From Kiritimatiellota bacterium (GTDB lineage Bacteria; Verrucomicrobiota; Lentisphaeria; Victivallales; JAADHT01): a DNA stretch of 15,242 nt. The DNA lies in the NCBI GenBank assembly GCA_030590505.1, contig JAUUYH010000043.1:1-15242 (forward strand), read 5' to 3'. This document shows, in pieces, positions 7,968 through 15,242 of the stretch; position 1 is the stretch's first letter; every line of letters begins with the position of its first letter. The notes beneath the pieces are model-generated. The model was not told the DNA's origin and did no database searches. It saw nothing but the letters and a program-made list of their open reading frames with translations. Made by a program: the position numbers and the translations under genes.

Positions 7968-9205
7968 ATAATAAAAAGAACATAATCATTTTAAGTTGCG
8001 GCACGGGAGTTGACTCACTGCCTGCGAACTTCGCAGATATTGTTAGTCGCTGCACAACCCTTGTCGGAGGCAAGCGCTTACTAGACCTTTTTCCTAACTA
8101 TACTGGCGAAAAAATTGTTATAGACAAGCATATAAAAGAGACACTTGCGAAACTCGCAGAAAACCCAAAAGACATCGTAATTCTAGCATCAGGTGATGCC
8201 CTGTTTCATGGTATTGCAAAAACTGTTTTACAGATTATACCAAAGGAACAAGTTAAAATAATCCCAAACATTACAGCGGCACAGGCACTTTGTGCGAAAA
8301 TCGCACTTCCCTGGGACAATGCCGCGCTGCTTTCTCTTCACGGAAAAAATCCCGACGATATAAACTGGCCGCAAATTTCACGAAAACTACCTGTAATAAT
8401 TTACGGAGATCATAGGTGTAATTCTGCGAATATCGCTAAAAAGCTGATACAAGCAAATCCAAAAAGTGCAGATGAGATTGGCGGCTACAATGCAGCCATA
8501 GGCATAAATCTTGGAATGGATGATGAAGAAATTCTAATAGGGACATTGAAAGAGATGTCAGAGAGGTCTTGCACGGGGCTCTCGGTACTTGCGATATTCG
8601 CAAACACTTCACGAGATCTGGAGTCTCTGCAGGAGGAGAGTTCTGCAATATTTGGACGTGTAGATTCAGAATTCTCACACCATAATAATATGATAACACA
8701 TAGTGAAATAAGAGCAGTTGTACTATCAAAACTCCGATTGAAGCCAGGTATCATGTGGGATCTGGGAGCTGGAAGTGGTTCGGTCGGAATTGAGGCCGCA
8801 CTACTTCAGCCTGCACTGGAGGTTTATTCAGTAGAGAAAGATATTGGAAGAGTTGATGATATAAAAAATAATATGAAAAAATTTGATAGCAATAATGTAA
8901 ATATAATTTGTGGAAATGCACTGACTCAAATCCAGAATCTACCTGATCCAGATACTGTTTTCATAGGTGGTGGCGGAGATGATGTAGCAGAGATCCTGAA
9001 AAACAGCTATGCTCATTTGAAACGAGGCGGGAGAATTATAGCAACTGCAGTACTACTGGAAACGCGCACGGCACTGGCAAACACAATGAAAGAACAGTGC
9101 TCCGAAGTTATTTCCATTTCTGTGAGCCGGTCAAAGAAACTCGGTAATTCCCGTATAATGAAAGCCGAGAACAATATAGAAATTTACGTATATATAAAAG
9201 AGTGA
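7955..9205 (+). CDS. cobL: Precorrin-6Y / cobalt-precorrin-6B C5,15-methyltransferase (decarboxylating), fused CbiE-CbiT (CobL)
   Basis: 416 aa. N-terminal tetrapyrrole-methylase fold (GTGVDSLP...LVGGKRLLDLF...ILASGDALFHGI). C-terminal class-I SAM methyltransferase with GIMWDLGAGSGSVGIEAA (the CbiT part). Confidence 0.8.
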   Translation: MEMVNNKKNIIILSCGTGVDSLPANFADIVSRCTTLVGGKRLLDLFPNYTGEKIVIDKHIKETLAKLAENPKDIVILASGDALFHGIAKTVLQIIPKEQVKIIPNITAAQALCAKIALPWDNAALLSLHGKNPDDINWPQISRKLPVIIYGDHRCNSANIAKKLIQANPKSADEIGGYNAAIGINLGMDDEEILIGTLKEMSERSCTGLSVLAIFANTSRDLESLQEESSAIFGRVDSEFSHHNNMITHSEIRAVVLSKLRLKPGIMWDLGAGSGSVGIEAALLQPALEVYSVEKDIGRVDDIKNNMKKFDSNNVNIICGNALTQIQNLPDPDTVFIGGGGDDVAEILKNSYAHLKRGGRIIATAVLLETRTALANTMKEQCSEVISISVSRSKKLGNSRIMKAENNIEIYVYIKE

Positions 9206-9341
9206 ATATAATACCTAGATTGTGCAAACATAAGTGTGTTAGTTGCGTAAGTGCTTTGTTTTCAGATGCGGACAAATGACTTATGCAAATGGCGTGCTTA
9301 GGACTGCACGATTTAGGTAATAACATAAAAAAGGTATTTTA

Positions 9342-10133
9342 ATGAAAAATAAAGTAATATTTGCGGGTGCTGGGCCCGGGGCACCAGATCTGATAACACT
9401 GCGATGCTGTGAAGCACTACAAAATGCTGATATGATTCTCTATGCAGGCTCCCTAGTCAATCCAGAGATACTGAAACATGCAAACAGTAAGTGCGAACTG
9501 ATAGATAGCGCTAATCTTAATCTTGAAGAGATAATCTCAACACTTCAACGCGGAATTGACGAAGAAAAAAATGTAGTGCGTCTTCATACTGGTGATCCGA
9601 CAATTTACGGAGCAATAACTGAACAGATGAATGAGCTAGATCAATGTAATATTGAATACGAAGTAATCCCCGGAGTAAGCTCTCTTTTTGCTGCAGCGGC
9701 TGCACTAAAAACCGAACTAACTCTTCCTGGAATATCCCAGTCAATAATCATCACGCGTCGTGCTGGACGGACCCCTGTACCAGATGGACAGAACATTGCG
9801 GACTTCGCAAAACATAATGCCACAATGGGAATATTTTTAAGTATATCTGACATTGAAGGACTGGTTGATGATTTGATATTCGGGGGATATGCCCCGACAA
9901 CTGCAGTCGGAATAGTCTATAGGGCATCATGGGAGAATGAAAAAATTCTACGGGGAACTCTTGAAGATATCGCAGAGAAAGTGCGAACTTCGCAAATAAC
10001 CCGTCAGGCGATGATAATTGTGGGCAACGCCATATCAAAAACTGGCGACAAATCTCTCCTCTATGATGCGAACTTCGCACATGGATACCGAGCAAGTGCA
10101 AAAAAAATAACTGAGGCGACAAGAAACCGGTGA
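9342..10133 (+). CDS. cbiF: Precorrin-4 / cobalt-precorrin-4 C11-methyltransferase
   Basis: 263 aa. VIFAGAGPGAPDLITLRC...ADMILYAGSLV, RLHTGDPTIYGA and VIPGVSSLFAAAAAL are hallmark CbiF/CobM motifs. Confidence 0.85.
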   Translation: MKNKVIFAGAGPGAPDLITLRCCEALQNADMILYAGSLVNPEILKHANSKCELIDSANLNLEEIISTLQRGIDEEKNVVRLHTGDPTIYGAITEQMNELDQCNIEYEVIPGVSSLFAAAAALKTELTLPGISQSIIITRRAGRTPVPDGQNIADFAKHNATMGIFLSISDIEGLVDDLIFGGYAPTTAVGIVYRASWENEKILRGTLEDIAEKVRTSQITRQAMIIVGNAISKTGDKSLLYDANFAHGYRASAKKITEATRNR

Positions 10134-10290
10134 TCCGTGAAGAAACCAGAGTGCTCTGCTTCGCCGAAGGCGGAATAATCATACTGCTTTCTTGTGCTGA
10201 CTTGCCCACCGAAGCTGAAAGAGTGTAGGTGGGAAGCACAACTTATGATAGGCCAGGGCAACACCTGGGTGATTGTTTGTTACATCACGA
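10134..10290 (+). other. GC-rich structured block immediately 3' of cbiF: three tandem stem-loops (CGCC-GAA-GGCG; CCCACC-18 nt-GGTGGG; CCAGG-7 nt-CCTGG) plus GTGAT-11 nt-ATCAC
   Basis: GC-rich hairpins read directly from the sequence in an otherwise AT-rich region. No U-tract follows any of them. Two overlapping minus-strand ORFs from the track are judged spurious. Confidence 0.3.
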
Positions 10291-10372
10291 AAAAGAGAAT
10301 GTAATATTGAAATAATTGTAAGATTAAGACAATGAGTAGGACGAAGAGTATGATTAGAGAGAAAATATAAAA

Positions 10373-11086
10373 ATGAGAGAACTTATACCTGAAGATTGGC
10401 GGAAGATATTAGAAGACGAGCTCAACTCACCGGAGTTTAAAAACCTTGAGCATTTTCTGGAGAATGAGTGGAGCAGTCAAACCATTTTTCCACCTAAGGA
10501 GAAGATATTTACTGCAATGCAACTGACTCCCTTCTCTAAGGTAAAAGTTCTTCTTTTGGGACAGGATCCATATCATGACGACAATCAGGCGCACGGACTT
10601 GCATTCTCTGTACAGAATGGTGTAAAAATACCACCATCTCTTCGCAATATCTACAAAGAGCTAGAGTCGGACTTAAAAATTTCTCCTGCCCGCAATGGCA
10701 ATCTAAAAACATGGGCCGAGCAGGGAGTGCTTCTTATAAATACCGTCCTGACTGTTCGTGCGCACAGTGCAAATTCCCACGCAGGACAAGGCTGGGAATG
10801 GTTTACAGATGCAGTACTAAAACATCTAAACCAAAAGGAAGATACAGTGATATTTCTTCTCTGGGGTGCTAATGCTGCAAAAAAAATCCCCCTGATTGAT
10901 AGTGAGAAGCATATAATCATTACATCACCACACCCCTCCCCGCTCTCCGCATATAGAGGTTTTTTTGGGTCAAAACCATTTTCTAAGATCAATAAGGTAC
11001 TGGAAGAGCATAAAATTAGACCTATAAACTGGAAACTTCCTGACTATGATAATTACGAAGATATGCCGCTTTTTGAAGAAGTGTAA
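10373..11086 (+). CDS. ung: Uracil-DNA glycosylase (family 1)
   Basis: 237 aa. GQDPYHDDNQAHGLAFSV (catalytic water-activating loop) and HPSPLSA (Leu-intercalation loop) are diagnostic UNG motifs. Confidence 0.92.
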   Translation: MRELIPEDWRKILEDELNSPEFKNLEHFLENEWSSQTIFPPKEKIFTAMQLTPFSKVKVLLLGQDPYHDDNQAHGLAFSVQNGVKIPPSLRNIYKELESDLKISPARNGNLKTWAEQGVLLINTVLTVRAHSANSHAGQGWEWFTDAVLKHLNQKEDTVIFLLWGANAAKKIPLIDSEKHIIITSPHPSPLSAYRGFFGSKPFSKINKVLEEHKIRPINWKLPDYDNYEDMPLFEEV

Positions 11087-11106
11087 TAATTTTAACAATT
11101 TACACT

Positions 11107-11135
11107 TTGCATATTATGCAATATGATGATAGATT
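11107..11135 (+). promoter_or_regulatory. Putative nfeD-flotillin promoter; its -35 is embedded in the perfect 15-bp palindrome TTGCATAtTATGCAA, and a second palindrome TGCGAATTTCGCA lies downstream at 11165-11177
   Basis: TTGCAT (11107-11112), 17-nt spacer, TAGATT (11130-11135). The 15-bp palindrome at 11107-11121 is perfect. The exact 13-bp palindrome at 11165-11177 sits between the putative transcription start and the GGGGAG SD, an operator-like position. Confidence 0.35.
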
Positions 11136-11214
11136 GCTTACTATTAAAAAATAACAAGAGAATTTGCGAATTTCGCATCTATCAAAATAAAGAAGAGATT
11201 AAGGGGAGATAACA

Positions 11215-11811
11215 ATGGCTGAATTTATTAATTCTATGAAAGACTTTCTTTTCGGAGATTACAAAGTATATTTTTTCTTTGCTGTCTTAGGTTCTGTTAT
11301 TGCACTAATTCAACTTGTTCTCTCATTCTTCATCGGTGGTGGCGATTTTGATGTTGATGTTGATGGAGACGGAGATATTGCATTCGGAGAACATACTGAT
11401 TCTGGATTTGGCGATTTCCATTTTATATCATTCAGGTCTATTGTTGCGTTCTTCGCATTTTTCGGTTGGGGTGGAGTAATTTCATACGAACATGGGATCG
11501 CGGCTCTCGGGGCATTCTTTATCGCTCTAGGCTGTGGATTGGCTATGATGCTCTTTACTGCTGCGGCACTCTATTTGATGATGAAAATGCAACATAGCGG
11601 AAATATCCTACCAGCAGATTACATTGGTTGCCGCGGCTCTGTCTATCTTACAATTCCAGGCGGACGCTCTGAGATAGGAAAAGTAACGGCAATAGTTAAA
11701 GGAACATCACAAGAAATTGTAGTTGTTGCAGATGAAAGGATTGAACGTGGTGCATCTGTAAAAATAATGGAGACCGTTGGTAGTAATCGCTTCCTCGTAG
11801 AAAAGAGTTAA
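11215..11811 (+). CDS. NfeD-like membrane protein (YuaF/YqiJ family, partner of SPFH/flotillin proteins)
   Basis: 198 aa. N-terminal TM helices, acidic DVDVDGDGD stretch, further TM helices, then a C-terminal OB-fold-like beta domain (GKVTAIVKGTSQEIVVVADERIERGASVKI) typical of short NfeD proteins. GGGGAG SD. Immediately upstream of a flotillin gene. Confidence 0.7.
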   Translation: MAEFINSMKDFLFGDYKVYFFFAVLGSVIALIQLVLSFFIGGGDFDVDVDGDGDIAFGEHTDSGFGDFHFISFRSIVAFFAFFGWGGVISYEHGIAALGAFFIALGCGLAMMLFTAAALYLMMKMQHSGNILPADYIGCRGSVYLTIPGGRSEIGKVTAIVKGTSQEIVVVADERIERGASVKIMETVGSNRFLVEKS

Positions 11812-11909
11812 TCACACGAGCAAATTTAAGTTTATGATCATTGTATTCGAGTAGTAAATTTGAGAATATATAACAGAGGCAATGCCTCACAAAAAAAAGG
11901 AGAATTGCT

Positions 11910-13391
11910 ATGCCAGTAATAGCAGGAATTGGAGGAATGAGTTCAACCATTGCAGGAGTAGTAACGCTAGTTATTATTATCTTCGGACTACTTGCATTTT
12001 TTGCAACAAGGTATAAAAAATGCCCGTCTGACCGTGTCATGGTTATCTACGGTAAAACTAAAGGAGCACAAGCATCAAGGTGTATCCATGGTGGAGCAGC
12101 ATTTATATGGCCTGTTATCCAGGATTACGGATTTCTATCACTGCGCCCGATGCAGATCGAAGTAGCACTTGATAATGCACTCTGTTTGCAGAATATCCGT
12201 ATCAGTGTACCATCTGTATTTACAGTGGGTGTTAGTACTGAAGAAGCAATTATGACAAATGCGGCGAATCGCTTGTTCGGCCAGCATCCTGATGCAGTTG
12301 CGGAACTCGCAAAAGATATTATTTTCGGACAGCTCCGTCTTATCATTGCATCTATGAGTATCGAACAGATCAATACTGACCGTGAGATTTTCCTACGTAA
12401 TGTAGAGAGCAATGTTGCAGAAGAGTTAAACAAAATCGGTCTTATGCTTCTTAACGTTAATATTACTGATATTACAGATGAGAGTGGATATATCGATGCG
12501 ATCGGACGTAAGGCAGCTGCAGAAGCGATAAACCAAGCGGCAATTGACGTTTCTGAAGAAGAGCGAAAAGGTAAATCAGGTGAAGCTGAAGCTAAAAAGA
12601 GTCAGCGTATTGCTGTGGCAAATGCTGATGCAATCGCCCAAAAAGGTGAAGCAGAAGCTGACAGTCAGCGCCGTATCGCCGTAAAACGAGCTGAATCTGC
12701 AGCGGTTGACGGAGAAAATATCTCAGGTATTGAGATTGCAAACTCCAATGCAAAACGTTCAGAAGCTGAAGCTGAAGCATACAGAAAAGCAGAAGCTGCA
12801 AAACGTATAGCGGAAGCATCAATCGAAAAAACACATTTCGATGCAGAAAAAGAAGCACAGATGGCCCGTGCATTAATGGAAAAAGAGCGCTTGAATGCCG
12901 AAACTATTGTTTCAGCTCAAATAACAAAAGAGCAGATTGAGATTGCGGCTGCAGCGGAAGCTGGAAAACGCCGTATAGAAGCACAAGGTCAGGCAGATGC
13001 GATATTCGCAACTCTCGATGCCGAAGCCCGTGGTAACTTTGAAATACTAAAAGCAAAAGGTACTGGTTTCAATGAAATCATCAAGGCGTGCGGCAATGAT
13101 GCTGATGCAGCGTCCAAAATGCTTATGATTGAGAAACTCGAAGAGATCGTTGCTCTTCAGACTGAAGCAATCAAAAATATCAAGATTGACAAAATCACAG
13201 TCTGGGATGGAAACGGCGGAACAGATGGTAAAACATCTACAGCCAATTTTCTCAGCGGTATGATGCAAAGTCTGCCACCACTACACGACGTAGCGCAGAT
13301 GGCTGGAGTAGAACTTCCTGAGTATCTCGGAAAGGTCAAAGCCAATGAGCCAGCAAAAGCAGCTATACCGGCTCCAAAAAAACAGGCGTAA
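11910..13391 (+). CDS. floT: Flotillin-like SPFH/band-7 protein (FloT/YqiK family) with C-terminal EA-repeat coiled coil
   Basis: 493 aa. N-terminal membrane hairpin, SPFH domain (RVMVIYGKTKG...FIWPVIQDYGFLSLRPMQIEV), then long Ala/Glu-rich heptad region (AEAEA repeats) typical of bacterial flotillins. AAGGAG SD. Confidence 0.85.
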   Translation: MPVIAGIGGMSSTIAGVVTLVIIIFGLLAFFATRYKKCPSDRVMVIYGKTKGAQASRCIHGGAAFIWPVIQDYGFLSLRPMQIEVALDNALCLQNIRISVPSVFTVGVSTEEAIMTNAANRLFGQHPDAVAELAKDIIFGQLRLIIASMSIEQINTDREIFLRNVESNVAEELNKIGLMLLNVNITDITDESGYIDAIGRKAAAEAINQAAIDVSEEERKGKSGEAEAKKSQRIAVANADAIAQKGEAEADSQRRIAVKRAESAAVDGENISGIEIANSNAKRSEAEAEAYRKAEAAKRIAEASIEKTHFDAEKEAQMARALMEKERLNAETIVSAQITKEQIEIAAAAEAGKRRIEAQGQADAIFATLDAEARGNFEILKAKGTGFNEIIKACGNDADAASKMLMIEKLEEIVALQTEAIKNIKIDKITVWDGNGGTDGKTSTANFLSGMMQSLPPLHDVAQMAGVELPEYLGKVKANEPAKAAIPAPKKQA

Positions 13392-13409
13392 AAGAGCCAT
13401 AAACATACA

Positions 13410-13446
13410 ATCCCTGTACGGAAAACTCCGTATGGGGATTTTTTGT
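13410..13446 (+). terminator. Rho-independent terminator after the flotillin gene
   Basis: ATCCCTGTACGGA-AAAC-TCCGTATGGGGAT stem-loop (about 12 bp with GU pairs), followed by TTTTTTGTGTGT, starting 19 nt after the stop codon. Confidence 0.7.
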
Positions 13447-13466
13447 GTGTATCGCACATATCTCTA

Positions 13467-13494
13467 TTGCGAAGTACGCAAATTGTAATATATT
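13467..13494 (+). promoter_or_regulatory. Putative argB promoter (TTGCGA-16 nt-TATATT) with the TGCGAAGTACGCA near-palindrome overlapping the -35
   Basis: -35 TTGCGA at 13467-13472, -10 TATATT at 13489-13494, about 55 nt upstream of the AGGAGA SD and ATG 13551. The palindrome-family site at 13468-13480 overlaps the -35, an operator-like placement. Confidence 0.4.
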
Positions 13495-13550
13495 TAGATA
13501 AAGAAGAAAAATTCAGAATTGTTCACTGAAAAATAGGAGAATTATTAAAA

Positions 13551-14429
13551 ATGCAAAAAGAGATAGATAAAGCAGCTGTACTTATTGAAGCACTGCCATA
13601 TATTCAAAAATTCAGAAATGAAATTGTTGTTATAAAATTCGGCGGCAGTGCAATGGAGGACAAGGATCTTATCAAAAAAACAATGAGAGATATTGTTTTT
13701 ATGGAGTGCGTAGGTATGAAACCTGTTGTCGTGCATGGTGGCGGCAAGGCTATTAGTGCAAAACTTCATCAACTGAATATTCCAACAAAATTCATTAATG
13801 GATTGCGCTATACCTGTAAAAAAACAATAAAAGTTGTCGATGAAGTTCTTCATAATGTTGTAAACACATATTTGCTCAATGCTGTTCAAGACGCTGGCGG
13901 TAAGGGTCGCCAACTGTCAGGGAAAAAGTTTCTAACTGCTAAAAAAGCAACAACACAATGCAGTGACTCAGGAAAAGAACTCGATCTCGGTTTTGTAGGA
14001 AGTATCGTTGACGTTAACACAAAACAGATTTTTGAGGCCCTAGAGGAAGATGTTCTTCCTATTATCCCTCCACTTGCTATCGATAATAAAGGAAACACTT
14101 ACAATATCAATGCCGACATTGCTGCATGTCAGATTGCAAAAGCTCTCAAGGCACGTAAACTTGTATTCCTTAGTGATGTTCCTGGGATTTTAAGAGATCG
14201 AGATGATGAAAATTCTGTAATATCAACCATAACGATTGATGAAGTCGACGAACTAATAAATCGAAAGATCATAAGCGGAGGCATGGCTCCTAAGATTAAA
14301 AGTGCAGAAGACGCACTACTTGCAGGAACCAACAAAGTGCATATTATTGATGGACGCATCAAACATTCACTGATGCTTGAGATCTTTACCGACAGAGGAA
14401 TTGGTACGGAAATAGTAAAACAAAGATGA
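13551..14429 (+). CDS. argB: Acetylglutamate kinase
   Basis: 292 aa. VVIKFGGSAM, KPVVVHGGG, NINADIAACQIAKALKARKLVFLSDVPGIL, GGMAPKI and HIIDGRIKHSLMLEIFTDRGIGTEI match ArgB (amino-acid kinase family) motifs. Confidence 0.88.
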   Translation: MQKEIDKAAVLIEALPYIQKFRNEIVVIKFGGSAMEDKDLIKKTMRDIVFMECVGMKPVVVHGGGKAISAKLHQLNIPTKFINGLRYTCKKTIKVVDEVLHNVVNTYLLNAVQDAGGKGRQLSGKKFLTAKKATTQCSDSGKELDLGFVGSIVDVNTKQIFEALEEDVLPIIPPLAIDNKGNTYNINADIAACQIAKALKARKLVFLSDVPGILRDRDDENSVISTITIDEVDELINRKIISGGMAPKIKSAEDALLAGTNKVHIIDGRIKHSLMLEIFTDRGIGTEIVKQR

Positions 14430-15142
14430 AAACACCCCTACAGAAGATAGAACATGGGTACGTTGTATCCGATCTGCACATGTGTACCAAGTGGACATCC
14501 GTTGAAGAATATATGTGCGATATTCGCAAAGCTGCCGCGAATGCGGATTTTTTTGTCTTCAATGGTGATATTTTCGACTTCAGATGGAGTACCTTAGGGT
14601 CAGCGGCAGCAACTGCGAAATTCGCAATAAAGTGGTTTAGTGATATATGTGATGACTTTCCGAACTGCACATTCATCTACATTCTCGGAAATCATGATGC
14701 ACATAAAAATATACTTAAACCTATTGCTCAATTCGCAAAGAAACAGGATAATTTCATCTGGCATAGTTCTTTTATCAAAATCGGATCATCACTATTTATG
14801 CACGGTGATCTGATATTCTCTATGCGTAACAAATCCCCCTTTGAAAGAAAAAAATATAAACATAGAAATCCAGTTCGCTCCATTATCCAAAAAACATATC
14901 ATCGTGTAATTAAAATGGGGGCACATCGCCTTATTTCTAAAGTACACGCAAAAGAGCGTTGCGCAAAATATGTAATGCAGGTTCTTGAAAAAGATCATAG
15001 CCACCAATTAAAAGATATTACCGACATCTACATCGGCCATACGCACGTCGGTTTTTCAGACTACAACTACAACAACTACACATTCCACAACAGCGGCTCC
15101 GCAATCCATGACCTACAATGCAATCTAATGAAAGTAAGGTAG
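14426..15142 (+). CDS. Calcineurin-like metallophosphoesterase, LpxH-like (possible UDP-2,3-diacylglucosamine pyrophosphatase)
   Basis: 238 aa. VVSDLHMC, FVFNGDIFDFRW, ILGNHD, MHGD and IGHTH are spaced as in LpxH (FIADLHL / GDLFEAWIG / GNRD / MHGD / HGHTH). Start ATGA overlaps the argB stop by 4 nt. The specific LpxH/LpxG function is inferred, not verified. Confidence 0.55.
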   Translation: MKTPLQKIEHGYVVSDLHMCTKWTSVEEYMCDIRKAAANADFFVFNGDIFDFRWSTLGSAAATAKFAIKWFSDICDDFPNCTFIYILGNHDAHKNILKPIAQFAKKQDNFIWHSSFIKIGSSLFMHGDLIFSMRNKSPFERKKYKHRNPVRSIIQKTYHRVIKMGAHRLISKVHAKERCAKYVMQVLEKDHSHQLKDITDIYIGHTHVGFSDYNYNNYTFHNSGSAIHDLQCNLMKVR

Positions 15143-15242
15143 GCCCTGCTCAGAAAAAGATAACTTACTCCTGCGTCTCAATCGTTATAGTAGCCATTCC
15201 TATTTTATTATCAATGACTAGATCGTTGACACCATGCACCCA

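Noticed and set aside
9206-9341. Possible cobalamin riboswitch upstream of cbiF or cbiET
   Set aside because: No B12-box-like consensus or multi-stem GC-rich architecture in 7568-7679 or 9206-9341. Both regions are AT-rich with only trivial hairpins.
8436-10264. Minus-strand ORFs inside cbiET/cbiF (8436-8729, 8485-8754, 9108-9326, 9517-9744, 9641-9853, 9751-10239, 10061-10264)
   Set aside because: All are antisense to strongly supported cob genes and have no SD. The ORFs 9751-10239 and 10061-10264 merely read through the GC-rich hairpin block.
12540-12860. Tandem GAAGCTGAAGCT repeats in the flotillin gene
   Set aside because: They encode the Glu-Ala (EA) heptad repeats characteristic of flotillin C-termini. 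This is a coding repeat, not a DNA element.
5646-14556. CCGCAATGCGG (5646-5656) and CCGCGAATGCGG (14545-14556) small palindromes
   Set aside because: Only two copies, different spacer lengths, both inside CDS. Insufficient to distinguish from chance.

Overview
AT-rich bacterial chromosomal window, apparently Gram-negative (LolC/E-type permease plus an LpxH-like phosphoesterase). I call 15 protein-coding genes and see no rRNA, tRNA, CRISPR array or obvious mobile element. The minus strand (198-5315) carries a ribose/galactose-type sugar ABC transporter operon (binding protein, two-domain ATPase, permease). Upstream of it on the same strand sit a Lys-rich secreted hypothetical protein and a 51-aa very basic protein. 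The plus strand (5595-15142) carries lolC/E, a small helix-hairpin-helix (HhH) protein translationally coupled to cobL/cbiET, cbiF/cobM, ung, an nfeD-flotillin pair, argB and an overlapping LpxH-like metallophosphoesterase; a secreted carboxypeptidase-regulatory-like protein gene (7154-7567) is on the minus strand between lolC/E and the HhH gene. No canonical defence, toxin-antitoxin or phage system is recognisable, so the hunt output is mostly DNA-level signal. (1) An interrupted palindrome TGCG-N5-CGCA (extended TGCGAA-N-TTCGCA) occurs about 13 times. Several copies are exact 13-mers in different reading frames, eight sit in cbiET/cbiF, and two lie at operator-like positions upstream of nfeD and argB. 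It is absent from the left 6 kb. (2) A 39-bp two-hairpin element is present twice in inverted orientation (2981-3019, 7111-7149). (3) A GC-rich three-hairpin block lies immediately 3' of cbiF. (4) The ABC operon has an intergenic attenuator hairpin and direct and inverted 10-mer repeats. (5) Several gene linkages are unexplained: HhH-cbiET coupling, argB-phosphoesterase overlap, and the Lys-rich secreted protein with A8-A9 tracts upstream of the sugar transporter. All functional calls rest on motif recognition by eye; nothing was searched or computed beyond hand counting.
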